Shown here: piece by piece, positions 29,275 to 40,367 of the stretch | Position numbering within the stretch: the stretch's first letter is position 1 | Layout: each line of letters begins with the position of its first letter | NCBI GenBank assembly: GCA_034667725.1 | Contig: JAXDQS010000003.1 | Location: forward strand, 512,001 to 576,000 | Length of the DNA stretch: 64,000 bases | Source: Thermoplasmata archaeon | GTDB lineage: Archaea > Thermoplasmatota > E2 > JACPAO01 > JAHFTW01 | Direction of reading: 5' to 3' | Notes under the pieces: model-generated | What the model was told of the DNA's origin: nothing | Database searches by the model: none | The model's input: the letters and a program-made list of their open reading frames with translations, nothing else | Made by a program: the position numbers and the translations under genes

Positions 29275-30648
29275 GTGTTCAAGTTCAAGCTCCCCGACAT
29301 CGGCGAAGGCATCCAGGAAGGCGAGATCGTCCGCTGGATCAAGAAGGAAGGCGAGGCCGTCAAGGAGGACGAGCCGTTCGTCGAGGTCATGACCGACAAG
29401 GCGACGGTGGAGCTCACGAGCCCCCGCAAGGGCACCATCGCCAAGCACCACGTCGCCGAGGGCCAGATGGCCAAGGTCGGCCAGGTCATCGTCGAGATCC
29501 TCGAGTCGGGCGACGCGCCGGCCGGAAAAGCCTCCGAGGCCCCCGCCGGCCCGGCCCCGAAGGTCGCGGAGAACACCCCGTCCAAGGCGCCGGAGGCCAA
29601 GGAGGAGAAGACGCTGTTCGAGCTGCCCAAGGAGATCGCGGCGGCGACCAAGGTCATCGAGCGCAAGGGTGCTGCGGCCCAGGCGCCCGCCACCCCGAGC
29701 GCGTCGAGCGCGCCCAGCGTGCCCGCCGGCCACAAGGCGACGGCGGCGCCGGCGGTGCGCAAGAAGGCCCGCGAGCTCGGCCTCGACATCAACCAGGTGC
29801 GGGGGACCGGCCAGAACGGCCGCGTCACGGTGGAGGACCTGCAACGCTTCGGGTCGGCCCCGACGGCGCCCGCCGCGCAGCCGGCGGCGCCCGCGGGCGG
29901 CGCGCGCTTCAGCTACGCGGACGTGCGCTACTCGCAGGACCCGAGCCGCGAGGAGCGGGTGCCGCTGCGCGGGCTGCGGCGCACCATCAGCAAGGCAATG
30001 GAGCGCAGCAAGTTCACGGCGACCCACTTCACCTACGTGGCCGAGGTCGACTGCGACAACCTGGTGGCGCTGCGTGACGCGGCCAAGAACGTGGCGGACG
30101 CGCGCGGCGTCAAGCTGACGTTCCTGCCGTTCATCGTCAAGGCGGCCGTGGCGGCGCTGAAGCGGCACCCGGACGTCAACGTGGCGTTCGACGAGACCAC
30201 GGCGGAGATCGTGCGCAAGAAGTACTGGCACATCGGCATCGCGACGGCGACGGACGCGGGCCTCATCGTGCCGGTGCTGCGCGACGCCGACCGCAAAGGC
30301 GTCTTGGAGATCGCGCGCGAGATCCAGGACCTGAGCGAACGGACCAAGGCCGGCAAGGCCAAGCCGGAGGAATTGAGCGGCTCCACCTTCACCATCACGA
30401 GCCTGGGCAAGATGGGCGGCCTGCTCGCGACACCGATCCTGAACTACCCCGAGGTCGCCATCATGGGCGTCCACGAGATGAAGCAGGTGCCGGTCGTCAA
30501 GGACGGGCAGATCGCGATCGGGTGGCGGATGAACCTGAGCTTCTCGTTCGACCACCGCATCGTGGACGGCTACAACGGCGCGCTGTTCGCCAACACGCTG
30601 CTGTCTTACCTCGAAGACCCCCAGTTGCTGCTGCTGGAGTCGCTCTAG
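29275..30648 (+). CDS. pdhC: Dihydrolipoamide acyltransferase E2
   Basis: Lipoyl domain EVMTDKA, E3-binding APAVRKKARE, catalytic FDHRIVDG. Confidence 0.95.
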   Translation: MFKFKLPDIGEGIQEGEIVRWIKKEGEAVKEDEPFVEVMTDKATVELTSPRKGTIAKHHVAEGQMAKVGQVIVEILESGDAPAGKASEAPAGPAPKVAENTPSKAPEAKEEKTLFELPKEIAAATKVIERKGAAAQAPATPSASSAPSVPAGHKATAAPAVRKKARELGLDINQVRGTGQNGRVTVEDLQRFGSAPTAPAAQPAAPAGGARFSYADVRYSQDPSREERVPLRGLRRTISKAMERSKFTATHFTYVAEVDCDNLVALRDAAKNVADARGVKLTFLPFIVKAAVAALKRHPDVNVAFDETTAEIVRKKYWHIGIATATDAGLIVPVLRDADRKGVLEIAREIQDLSERTKAGKAKPEELSGSTFTITSLGKMGGLLATPILNYPEVAIMGVHEMKQVPVVKDGQIAIGWRMNLSFSFDHRIVDGYNGALFANTLLSYLEDPQLLLLESL

Positions 30649-30649
30649 C

Positions 30650-32110
<1,461 letters not shown>

Positions 32111-32165
32111 GGCTTTCGAGAACCCGCCCGGAACCGCTTTGCCGCCGGCTCCCCGCTGGGACCGC

Positions 32166-32654
32166 ATGGCCCCTACAACCCGGCCCGCCTTTGCCCTGCT
32201 CGCGACCGCCCTCACGGCCTTCGCCGTGACCCCCGCGGCGGACGCCTTCAACGCCTACAACGCCATCGCCGCCGTGGACGGCTACGACTGGGGCTGCGGC
32301 GGCATCGCGCCCACCGACCTCTCCTGCAGCGACGGCAACCGCGACATCGGGAGCATCCTCGACCTCGAGGTCCAGTTCTGCCCCGTCACCCTCGTCTCCC
32401 CGGTCCACGTCTGCCCCGCCGCCGACCAGTGGTTCCAAGGCGTCGTCACCGTGAAGGTCACCACCGACACCGGCTACTGGAGCAAGACCTGCACCATCTC
32501 CGTCACCATCCCCGGCCGGAGCTGCACCGAGCACAAGGGCGCCGTGTACGTCGGCCAGCTCGGCACCCTGACGGGATCGGTCCAGGCCACCTGCGGCGCA
32601 TGCCCCGCCGGCCTGCCGGTGGGCTACTGGCGCGCGGCGGCCTACACCCGGTGA
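32166..32654 (+). CDS. Secreted Cys-rich hypothetical protein
   Basis: Signal peptide ending ADA. 8 Cys in the mature part. Confidence 0.72.
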   Translation: MAPTTRPAFALLATALTAFAVTPAADAFNAYNAIAAVDGYDWGCGGIAPTDLSCSDGNRDIGSILDLEVQFCPVTLVSPVHVCPAADQWFQGVVTVKVTTDTGYWSKTCTISVTIPGRSCTEHKGAVYVGQLGTLTGSVQATCGACPAGLPVGYWRAAAYTR

Positions 32655-32704
32655 GCGGTCCCCGCAGCGACAAGGGATTATCCCGACCTGTTCCTACGGG
32701 GCGC

Positions 32705-33544
32705 GTGTCAGGCGGGGAGGCGCTGGTCATCGAGGGCGGCGGCATGAAGTCCGCCTACGCCAACGGCGTCCTGTCCGCCTTCGAGGAGGCCGGCCACGCC
32801 CCGTGGGGCACGGTCTACGGCACCTCCGCCGGCGGCGCCCTGGCCGCGTGGTACGGCGCCGGGCAGGCCCGCGTGGCCGAGCGCACCTGGGCATACGCGC
32901 AGGACCGCCGCGTCCTCGACTACCGCCGCCTGGCGCGCGGCCGCCCCATCCTCGACCACGAGCTGCTGTGGGAGGTCGTCTACCGTCAGGAGACGGTGCT
33001 CGACCAGTGGGCGCTCCGGAAGGCGGCGTGGCCGGTCATCGTGACGGCGGCCGAGGTCGAGACGGGCGCCTGCCGCTACGTCGACCTGCGCACCGCCGAC
33101 GACCCGATCGCTTGGCTCAAGGCGACCGGCCGGCTGCCGTGGGGCGCCGGCAAGCCGGTCGAGATCGCGGGCAAGCACTACCTCGACGGCGGCATCGTCG
33201 ACCCCATCCCGGTCGGCAAGGCGATCGCGGACGGCCACCACCATGTCACGGTCCTGCTGAACTGGCCGGCGGGGGTCGTGCGCAAGGACAGCAAGCTCCT
33301 GGGGCGCATGGTGGCGCGCCGCTACCCGATGCTGCGCCACGGCGTGCTGCACCATGCCGCGCTCAAGCAGGAGGCCGCCGAGCTTGCGGAGCACCCGCCC
33401 GCCGGCGTGCGGGTCGACGTCATCCGGCCGTCGCGGCCGACCGGGCTGCACCGCCTCAGCCGGGGCCTCGCGGCCATCGACGCCGCCATCGAGCAGGGCC
33501 GCGCCGACGGCGTCGCGCACCTGGAGCGGCTGCGCGAAGCGTAG
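32705..33544 (+). CDS. Patatin-like phospholipase
   Basis: EGGGMK, GTSAG, YLDGG. Confidence 0.9.
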   Translation: MSGGEALVIEGGGMKSAYANGVLSAFEEAGHAPWGTVYGTSAGGALAAWYGAGQARVAERTWAYAQDRRVLDYRRLARGRPILDHELLWEVVYRQETVLDQWALRKAAWPVIVTAAEVETGACRYVDLRTADDPIAWLKATGRLPWGAGKPVEIAGKHYLDGGIVDPIPVGKAIADGHHHVTVLLNWPAGVVRKDSKLLGRMVARRYPMLRHGVLHHAALKQEAAELAEHPPAGVRVDVIRPSRPTGLHRLSRGLAAIDAAIEQGRADGVAHLERLREA

Positions 33545-33549
33545 GCCGT

Positions 33550-33565
33550 TGTCCCGTTTCGGACA
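33550..33565. promoter_or_regulatory. Candidate arginine-regulon operator upstream of argC
   Basis: TGTCCCGTTTCGGACA, 12/16 identical to 39050-39065. Confidence 0.5.
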
Positions 33566-33639
33566 CGCTTGCCCAGGCCTGCCCCTCCGTCGCCATCATG
33601 GCTATCTTCCCGGCCATGTGGATAGGGGTTGTCTCCGCC

Positions 33640-34620
33640 ATGGTGGACATTGCCGTCCTCGGCGCCCGGGGTTACCTGGGCCGTGAACTCGTCCGCATCC
33701 TGCTCGCCCACCCCAACGTGGACGGCCTGCATCTCGTGACCTCCAGCGAGGCCGGCAAGCCCTACGGCGAATCGGTGCCCGCCTTCCGCCACCGCCGCGA
33801 CCTTGTCCTTGCCGGCCCCGAGGCCGCCCGCGACGCCGACGTCGTGTTCCTCGCCACCGACAGCGACGAGGCCCGCAAGCACGCCCCCACCTTCGCGGCC
33901 GACCAGACCGTCATCGACCTCAGCCGCGCCCACCGCGCCGAGGCCCTCGCCGGCGGCTCGCCCTGGACCTACGGCCTGAGCGAGCTGTTCCCCGTCCCCA
34001 AGGGCGCCAAGCGCATCGCCAACCCCGGCTGCTACCCCACCGCCACCATGCTGGCCGCGGCCCCCGCCCTCAAGGCCGGCTTCGCGGCCCCCGGCGTGCT
34101 CATCAGCGACGGCAAGTCCGGCGTCTCCGGCGCCGGCGCCACCCCGCGCGGCGACCTGCATTACCCCGAGGCCAACGAGGCCGTCCGCGCCTACAAGGTC
34201 CTCGGCCACGACCACCTCGCCGAGATTCGCGCCATCGCCGCCCGCGTCGAGGGCAAGGCCGCCGTCCCCCGTGCCGTCCGCTTCACGCCCCACCTGGTGC
34301 CCCAGAACCGCGGCCTGCTGGCCACCGTGTACCTGCCCACCAAGGCCACCGACGCGGCTGCCGTCAAGGACGCCTACAAGGCGGCCTACCAGGATGCCGC
34401 CTTCGTGCGCATGGTGCCCGAGCCCGACACGGGCCACGTCCGGGGCAGCAACTTCGCCGACCTCGCCATCGACCTCGACGCCGACAGCGGCCTGCTGGTC
34501 GCCCGCGGCGCCATCGACAACCTGGTCAAGGGCGGCAGCGGCGCCGCCGTCCAGAACATGAACCTCAGCCTCGGCCTCCCGGTCGCCTCCGGCCTGGCCC
34601 ACGTCGGAGGCGGTCCCTGA
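33640..34620 (+). CDS. argC: N-acetyl-gamma-glutamyl-phosphate reductase
   Basis: LGARGYLG, IANPGCYPT, SGVSGAG, IDNLVKG.SG.AVQNMN. Confidence 0.94.
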   Translation: MVDIAVLGARGYLGRELVRILLAHPNVDGLHLVTSSEAGKPYGESVPAFRHRRDLVLAGPEAARDADVVFLATDSDEARKHAPTFAADQTVIDLSRAHRAEALAGGSPWTYGLSELFPVPKGAKRIANPGCYPTATMLAAAPALKAGFAAPGVLISDGKSGVSGAGATPRGDLHYPEANEAVRAYKVLGHDHLAEIRAIAARVEGKAAVPRAVRFTPHLVPQNRGLLATVYLPTKATDAAAVKDAYKAAYQDAAFVRMVPEPDTGHVRGSNFADLAIDLDADSGLLVARGAIDNLVKGGSGAAVQNMNLSLGLPVASGLAHVGGGP

Positions 34621-35945
34621 TGGTCCTCCTGGGCTGGCGTCGCACGGTCGCCAAGCTGCAAGGCCAGGACGTCGGCGCCCCCGCGCCGGCCCCCTCCGCC
34701 GACGGGGCCGCCACGGGCGCCGCGTGGTCGGTGCGCATCGTCCCCGACCGCCACCTGAACCACGTCGCCGGCTTCCGCGCCAACGGCGTCTGGGCCCAGA
34801 TCAAGAAGAAGAGCCGCGACGTCTGCCTCATCGTGAGCGACCGCCCCGCCAAGGGTGCTGCCGTGTTCACCCAGAACGCCTTCTGCGCCGCCCCCGTCGT
34901 GGTGAGCCGCGAGCACGTCGAGAACGGCGACGTCCGCGCCATCGTGTGCAACGCCGGCAACGCCAACGCCGTCACCGGCGAGCAGGGCCTCAAGGACGCC
35001 CGCGCCATGGCCAAGGTCGCCGCCGAGGCGCTCGGCCTCACGCCCGACCAGTTCATCGTGTGCAGCACCGGCATCATCGGCCGCCCCATGCCGATGGACA
35101 AGGTCGAGGCCGGCATCCGCGAATGCGCCCGCACCCTGGGCGACGCCGTCGGCGGCGAGGCCGCGGAGGCCATCACCACCACCGACTCGCACCCGAAGCA
35201 CGTCTTCGTCGAGGTCAAGGCCGGCAAGCGCACCTTCCACGTCGCGGGCATCGCCAAGGGCGCCGGCATGATCCATCCCAACATGGCCACCATGCTGTCG
35301 TTCCTGGTCACCGACGCGCCCATCCCGACCAGCCTGCTGGATGCCAGCCTGCGCGCCGCCGTGGACGCCACCTTCAACATGATCACCATCGACGGCGACC
35401 AGTCCACCAACGACACCTGCGCCATCATCGCCAACGGCGCCGCCGGCGGCCCGAACCTGCGCCGCGGCACCCCCGAGATGGAGGCGTTCCAGGCCGGCCT
35501 CACCACCGCCTGCAAGGTCCTCGCCAAGCACATCGCCGGCGACGGCGAGGGCGCCACCGCCCTCCTGGAGGTCCACGTCGACGGCGCCAGCACCTTGGCC
35601 GACGCCCGGACCATCGCCCGCGCCGTCTGCAAGTCCAACCTGGTCAAGTCTGCCCTGCACGGCAAGGACCCCAACTGGGGCCGCATCGTCGCCGCCGTCG
35701 GCGCCTGCGGGGCCAACGTCGACCCCGGCCGCGTCAGCGTCCGCTTCGAGTCCGTCCTGGGCTCCGTGCCGGTCCTCGACAAGGGCGAGCCCCTCAGCGA
35801 CCGCCTTAAGGACGCCAACGCGGTTCTCCAGACCAGGGACGTCCGTATCCTCGTCAGCCTCGGCCTCGGCCCCCACAGCGCGGAAGCCTGGGGCTGCGAC
35901 CTGAGCGAGGAGTACGTCACGTTCAACTCCGCCTACACGACGTGA
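34620..35945 (+). CDS. argJ: Ornithine acetyltransferase
   Basis: NAGNANA.TG, STGIIG, KGAGMIHPNMATML, STND, DGEGAT, DPNWGR. Confidence 0.96.
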   Translation: MVLLGWRRTVAKLQGQDVGAPAPAPSADGAATGAAWSVRIVPDRHLNHVAGFRANGVWAQIKKKSRDVCLIVSDRPAKGAAVFTQNAFCAAPVVVSREHVENGDVRAIVCNAGNANAVTGEQGLKDARAMAKVAAEALGLTPDQFIVCSTGIIGRPMPMDKVEAGIRECARTLGDAVGGEAAEAITTTDSHPKHVFVEVKAGKRTFHVAGIAKGAGMIHPNMATMLSFLVTDAPIPTSLLDASLRAAVDATFNMITIDGDQSTNDTCAIIANGAAGGPNLRRGTPEMEAFQAGLTTACKVLAKHIAGDGEGATALLEVHVDGASTLADARTIARAVCKSNLVKSALHGKDPNWGRIVAAVGACGANVDPGRVSVRFESVLGSVPVLDKGEPLSDRLKDANAVLQTRDVRILVSLGLGPHSAEAWGCDLSEEYVTFNSAYTT

Positions 35946-36763
35946 CCATGCGCTCCTCCGCCCTCTCGCAATCCCCCGTCACGGCGCCCGGCCTGCGGGT
36001 CGTGCTCAAGCTCGGCGGCAACGTCGTGCTCGACCCAGCCCAAGTGGCCGTCGTCGCCGCCGAGCTGCGCGCCCTGGTGGGCCGCGGCGCCCGCGTCACC
36101 ATCGTCCACGGCGGCGGGCCCCAGCTCGACAAGGCGCTCGCCGGCCTGGGCGAGAAGGCCGAGAAGGTCGACGGCCTCCGCGTCACCAGCCCCGCGGCCG
36201 CCGCCGTCGTCCACCAAGTGATGGACGGCATCGGCGCCGAGCTGGCCGACCGGCTGCGCGCCGCCGGCATGCCCGTCAAGCACGTCGCCGCCTCGCCCAC
36301 GGTCCTTCAGGCCCGCCTCAAGCGCGCCGCCAAGGGCGACCTCGGCCGCGTCGGCACCGTCGAGCGCTTCGCCACCTCCGCCCTGCCGCTGGCCGGCGTC
36401 GCGGTCGTGACGCCCGTCGGCTTCGACCCCGACGGCCCGCTCAACGTCAACGCCGACGAAGGCGCCGCCGCAGTCGCCGCGGCGCTGCGGGCCGACTGGC
36501 TCGTGCTCGGCACCGACGTCGCCGCCGTGCGCGGCGAGGCCGGCGAGTCGCTCGGCCACCTCGACGCCAAAGGGGCCGCGGCGCTCGTGGCCTCCGGCGT
36601 CGCGAAGGGCGGCATGATCCCCAAGCTCGCCGCCGCCACCGACGCGCTGCGGCACGGCGTCCGCAACGTCCTCATCGTCAAGGTCCAGCCCGGCACCCTC
36701 GTCGGGGTGCTGCTGGAGGGACGCCCGGAAGGCACCCGCGTCTCGCCCATGGTTTCCGCATGA
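35942..36763 (+). CDS. argB: Acetylglutamate kinase
   Basis: LKLGG, VHGGGPQ, DGLRVT, NVNAD, GGMIPK. Confidence 0.92.
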   Translation: MTMRSSALSQSPVTAPGLRVVLKLGGNVVLDPAQVAVVAAELRALVGRGARVTIVHGGGPQLDKALAGLGEKAEKVDGLRVTSPAAAAVVHQVMDGIGAELADRLRAAGMPVKHVAASPTVLQARLKRAAKGDLGRVGTVERFATSALPLAGVAVVTPVGFDPDGPLNVNADEGAAAVAAALRADWLVLGTDVAAVRGEAGESLGHLDAKGAAALVASGVAKGGMIPKLAAATDALRHGVRNVLIVKVQPGTLVGVLLEGRPEGTRVSPMVSA

Positions 36764-37950
36764 CCTACTCGCCCGCCCGCTGGGAGGCCGTGATGGCCCC
36801 CAACTACCCCACGCCCGCGATCCAGCTCGAAAAAGGCCAAGGCGCCACCGTCTGGGACTCCGAAGGCCGCGTCTACACCGACCTCTTGGCCGGCATCGCC
36901 GTCAACATCCTGGGCCACGCCCACCCGGCCCTGGTGCGCGCCGTCAGCACCCAGGTCGCGCTGCTCGCGCACACCTCGAACCTGTACGCCAACGCCCCCA
37001 ACATGCGCCTCGCCGAACGGCTGCAGGCCCGCACCCACGCCGGTCACAAGGTCATCTTCCAGAACTCCGGCACCGAGGCTAACGAGGCCGCCTTGAAGCT
37101 GGTGCGCCGCCACGCGCACGCCAAGGGCATGCCGGACGCCGTCGTCGTCGCGTTCCACAACTCGTTCCACGGCCGCACCTCCGGCGCCGTCAAGCTCACC
37201 GGCCAGGCCCACTACCAGGAAGGCTTCACGCCATTGCCCGAGCAGGTCGTCCACGTCCCCTTCAACGACCCCGCCGTGCTGGAGCAGGCGTTCGCCCAGC
37301 ACAAGGTCGCCGGCGTGTTCTTCGAGGCCGTCCAAGGCGAAGGCGGCGTGCTGCCCATCACCAAGGACGCCGCGGCCACGATGGCGCGGCTCTGCAAGCA
37401 GCACGACGCGGTGCTGGTCGCCGACGAGATCCAGACCGGCGTCGGCCGCACGGGGAGGTTCTTCGGCTACGAGCACGACGGCCTGGAGCCCGACGTCGTG
37501 ACGCTCGCCAAGGGGCTCGGCGGCGGCCTGCCCATCGGCGCCGCCCTCATCCACCCCAAGTTCGCCCCGCTGCTGCCCAGCGGCGCGCATGGGACGACGT
37601 TCGGCGGCAACGCCGTCTGCTGCGCCGCCGGCAACGCCGTGCTGGACGTCCTGGAGCAGGACGGCCTGGTCGCCCGCGCGCAGGCGTTGGGACGCACCTT
37701 CACGAACGCCTTGGGCGAGGCCGGCTTGCAGGCCCGCGGCCGCGGCCTGCTGCTCGGCGTGCCGCTGCCGGGGCCGCAGGCGCCTGACGTCGTGAAGGCG
37801 ATGCGCGAGGCCGGCTACCTGGTCGGGCAGGCCGGCAAGACGGTGGTGCGGATCGCGCCGCCCTTGACGATCTCCGAGAAGCAGCTGGTGGGCGCGGTGC
37901 CGCACTTGGCGAAGGCCGTGCAGGCGCTGCCGGCGGCCAGCCCGGCTTGA
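36760..37950 (+). CDS. argD: Acetylornithine aminotransferase
   Basis: NSGTEANE, FHGRT, DEIQTG.GRTG, TLAKGLGGG, HGTTFGGN. Confidence 0.94.
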   Translation: MTYSPARWEAVMAPNYPTPAIQLEKGQGATVWDSEGRVYTDLLAGIAVNILGHAHPALVRAVSTQVALLAHTSNLYANAPNMRLAERLQARTHAGHKVIFQNSGTEANEAALKLVRRHAHAKGMPDAVVVAFHNSFHGRTSGAVKLTGQAHYQEGFTPLPEQVVHVPFNDPAVLEQAFAQHKVAGVFFEAVQGEGGVLPITKDAAATMARLCKQHDAVLVADEIQTGVGRTGRFFGYEHDGLEPDVVTLAKGLGGGLPIGAALIHPKFAPLLPSGAHGTTFGGNAVCCAAGNAVLDVLEQDGLVARAQALGRTFTNALGEAGLQARGRGLLLGVPLPGPQAPDVVKAMREAGYLVGQAGKTVVRIAPPLTISEKQLVGAVPHLAKAVQALPAASPA

Positions 37951-38427
37951 TCAACGCCCGGCTGCAAACCCAGCCGGCATGTTGCATCGGTGGGCTTCGT
38001 TGCGCTCGACCCACACAGATTCCACAGACCTGACTTTGGTTCTGGCGGGGCCTAGCCAAAAAATTCCACAGACGTCTGTGGGAATCTTCTGAATCTGTGC
38101 GCATCAGTGCTCGTCGCGGGCCCGACTGGACACAGATTCCACAGACCTCTGCGAGAATCTTCCGAGTCTGGGTAAATCAGTGCCCGTCGGGTGACCGACG
38201 CACCTTAGCCTGAGGAATCAACCCGGCTTGATCAACCCGTTCAGCACCGCGAACGCATCGAACAAGTCCCCCTCCGGCTGCAAACCCAGCCGGCATGTTG
38301 GCCTGCCTCGCAGCTCCGCGCTCGGCAGGCCGGACGCCTCGCTTCGCATCGGCGGCGCTGACGCGCACCTTCATCCCGGCTTGATCAACCCGTTCAGCAC
38401 CGCGAACGCATCGAACAAATCTTCCTC
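37941..38427 (-). repeat. Three copies of the ACT-gene 3' end separated by two hairpin inserts, each ending in the 27-bp motif
   Basis: Tail copies at 38371-38427, 38218-38274 and 37941-37955. Motif (reverse complement) at 38275-38300 and 37959-37985. CACAGA/TCTGTG repeats at 38012-38190. Confidence 0.92.
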
Positions 38428-39033
38428 GTCGATCAGGAAGATGTTGTCCTTGTAACAGGACACGACCTCGTTGAAGTTGATGCCCTTGGCCGCCAGGCTG
38501 CTGGCAAGGAAAGCAAGAATCCCCGGCACGTCCTCGATGCTGTCGGGGCTGCGGATGTTCAATTCCACCAGGTTGCGGCGGACCTTGATGGTCTCGTCGC
38601 CCATGAGCCCCTCGACTTCCGCCATCATGGCCTCGTCGGTGATGATGGTGATGGACTCGCTGCCGTGCAGGACGTGGATGGGGTGGTTGCGGCCTTGGAC
38701 GGCACTAAGGGCCTTCTCCAGCCGCGCGAACGACTTCCAATTGGGGTGCGCCGTGAGGGTGGCGACCCGGGTGCGGACCTCGAGCTTCGACTTGTCGAGC
38801 ACCTTGCGGATGGCCTTCTGGGTCTCCTTGCCGGTGTGCGGCGCCTTGTAGCGGCGGCAGGCGACCAGCACGGCCTCCTCGCTGCCGAGCCCGGTCTCCT
38901 CCTGGATCTGTCGGGTGAGGGCGCTGAGGTTGACGATGCCTAAGGACAAGGCGTCGCGGACGACGGGGCGGGCGTCGATGTAGGCGCGCACCGAATGGGC
39001 GACGCTGGCCGGCTTCTGGGCCTTCTTGGGCAC
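38371..39033 (-). CDS. ACT-domain protein with N-terminal helical (putative DNA-binding) domain
   Basis: ALSLGIVNLSALTRQI N-terminal domain. C-terminal ACT VPGILAFLASSLAAKGINFNEVVSC. Divergent from argG. Confidence 0.85.
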   Translation of the reverse strand: MPKKAQKPASVAHSVRAYIDARPVVRDALSLGIVNLSALTRQIQEETGLGSEEAVLVACRRYKAPHTGKETQKAIRKVLDKSKLEVRTRVATLTAHPNWKSFARLEKALSAVQGRNHPIHVLHGSESITIITDEAMMAEVEGLMGDETIKVRRNLVELNIRSPDSIEDVPGILAFLASSLAAKGINFNEVVSCYKDNIFLIDEEDLFDAFAVLNGLIKPG

Positions 39034-39049
39034 GCTCCCCGGAAGGCGA

Positions 39050-39065
39050 TGTCCGATTTGAGACA
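39050..39065. promoter_or_regulatory. Candidate arginine-regulon operator between the ACT gene and argG
   Basis: TGTCCGATTTGAGACA, a TGTC-N8-GACA palindrome shared with the argC upstream region. Confidence 0.5.
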
Positions 39066-39131
39066 TGCGTGCCCACAGGTGCCGCAAGGTCGCCGTCCGC
39101 CTTATCTTGCACGGGCTCTCGATGGGGCCTA

Positions 39132-40367
39132 GTGCCCAAGCACATTGTCCTTGCGTATTCCGGCGGCCTCGACACCTCGGTCATGGTGCACTGGCTCAAG
39201 ACCCACCACAACGCCAAGGTCACGGCCGCGATGCTCGACCTCGGGCAGGGCAAGGCCCACCTGGAGGAGGCCCGCAAGCGCGCCATCGCCAACGGCGCCG
39301 CCGACTGCGTCATCCTGCCGGCCGCCGAGGAGTTCTGCAATGACTTCCTCGCCCCCAGCATCCGCGCCAACGCCCTCTACGAAGGCGTCTACCCCATGGC
39401 GACCGCCATCGGCCGTCCGCTCATCGCCAAGAAGCTCGTCGAGGCCGTCCAGAAGGTCGGCGGCGACGCGGTCGCCCACGGCTGCACCGGCAAGGGCAAC
39501 GACCAGGTGCGCATCGAGGCCGGCGTCAAGGCCCTCATGCCCGGCCTGGTCTGCCTGGCACCTCAGCGCTCGCACCCGATGACGCGCGTCGCCACGGTCG
39601 AGTACGCGCAGAAGCACAAGCTCCAGATCCCGCAGCTCAAGCGCTCGACCTACTCGACGGACGAGAACCTGTGGGGCCGCAGCATCGAGGGCGGCGACAC
39701 CGAGGACCCCGCCCACGCCGTCCACGAGGACGCCTACCTGTGGACCGCGAGCCCCGCCAAGGCGCCCGCGACCCCGCTCGCGATCGAGCTCACGTTCGAG
39801 GCCGGCCTGCCCGTCGCGATCGACGGCAAGCGGATGCCGCTGTGGGACCTCATCGAGCGCCTCAACCAACTCGCCGGCGCCCATGGTGTTGGCCGCATCG
39901 ACCACGTCGAGAACCGCCTGGTCGGCATCAAGAGCCGCGAGATTTACGAGGCGCCCGCCGCCGTCACCGTGCTGTTCGCCAAGAAGGCGCTGGAGGCCTT
40001 GGTGCTCACCAAGGAGGAGATGCGCCTCAAGCCCCTCTTGGAGCAGAAGTTCAGCGAGAACGTGTACGACGGCCTGTGGTACGCGCCCGTCATGCAGGCA
40101 TTGCGAGCCGCCATCGACACGATGCAGCAGCACGTCAGCGGCACCGTCAAGGTCCAATGCAGCAAGGGCAACCTCACGCTGCTCGGCCGCACCAGCCCGC
40201 TGTCGCTGTTCAAGGACAACCTCGCGACCTACGGCACCAAGGACGCCTTCAACCACGGCGCCTCGGAGGGCTTCATCGAGATTTGGAGCCTGCCGAGCGA
40301 GACCGCCAACGCCGTGCGCGCCCAGAAGAAGGCCAAGCCCAAGGTCGTCGTGAAGGCCAAGGCATGA
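39132..40367 (+). CDS. argG: Argininosuccinate synthase
   Basis: LAYSGGLDTS, HGCTGKGNDQVR, DENLWGRS.EG, ENRLVGIKSRE.YE.P. Confidence 0.97.
   Translation: MPKHIVLAYSGGLDTSVMVHWLKTHHNAKVTAAMLDLGQGKAHLEEARKRAIANGAADCVILPAAEEFCNDFLAPSIRANALYEGVYPMATAIGRPLIAKKLVEAVQKVGGDAVAHGCTGKGNDQVRIEAGVKALMPGLVCLAPQRSHPMTRVATVEYAQKHKLQIPQLKRSTYSTDENLWGRSIEGGDTEDPAHAVHEDAYLWTASPAKAPATPLAIELTFEAGLPVAIDGKRMPLWDLIERLNQLAGAHGVGRIDHVENRLVGIKSREIYEAPAAVTVLFAKKALEALVLTKEEMRLKPLLEQKFSENVYDGLWYAPVMQALRAAIDTMQQHVSGTVKVQCSKGNLTLLGRTSPLSLFKDNLATYGTKDAFNHGASEGFIEIWSLPSETANAVRAQKKAKPKVVVKAKA

Noticed and set aside
38177-38374. 65-aa ORF across the ACT-locus insert as a real gene
   Set aside because: It is made of repeat sequence and is out of frame with the tail copy, with no independent support.
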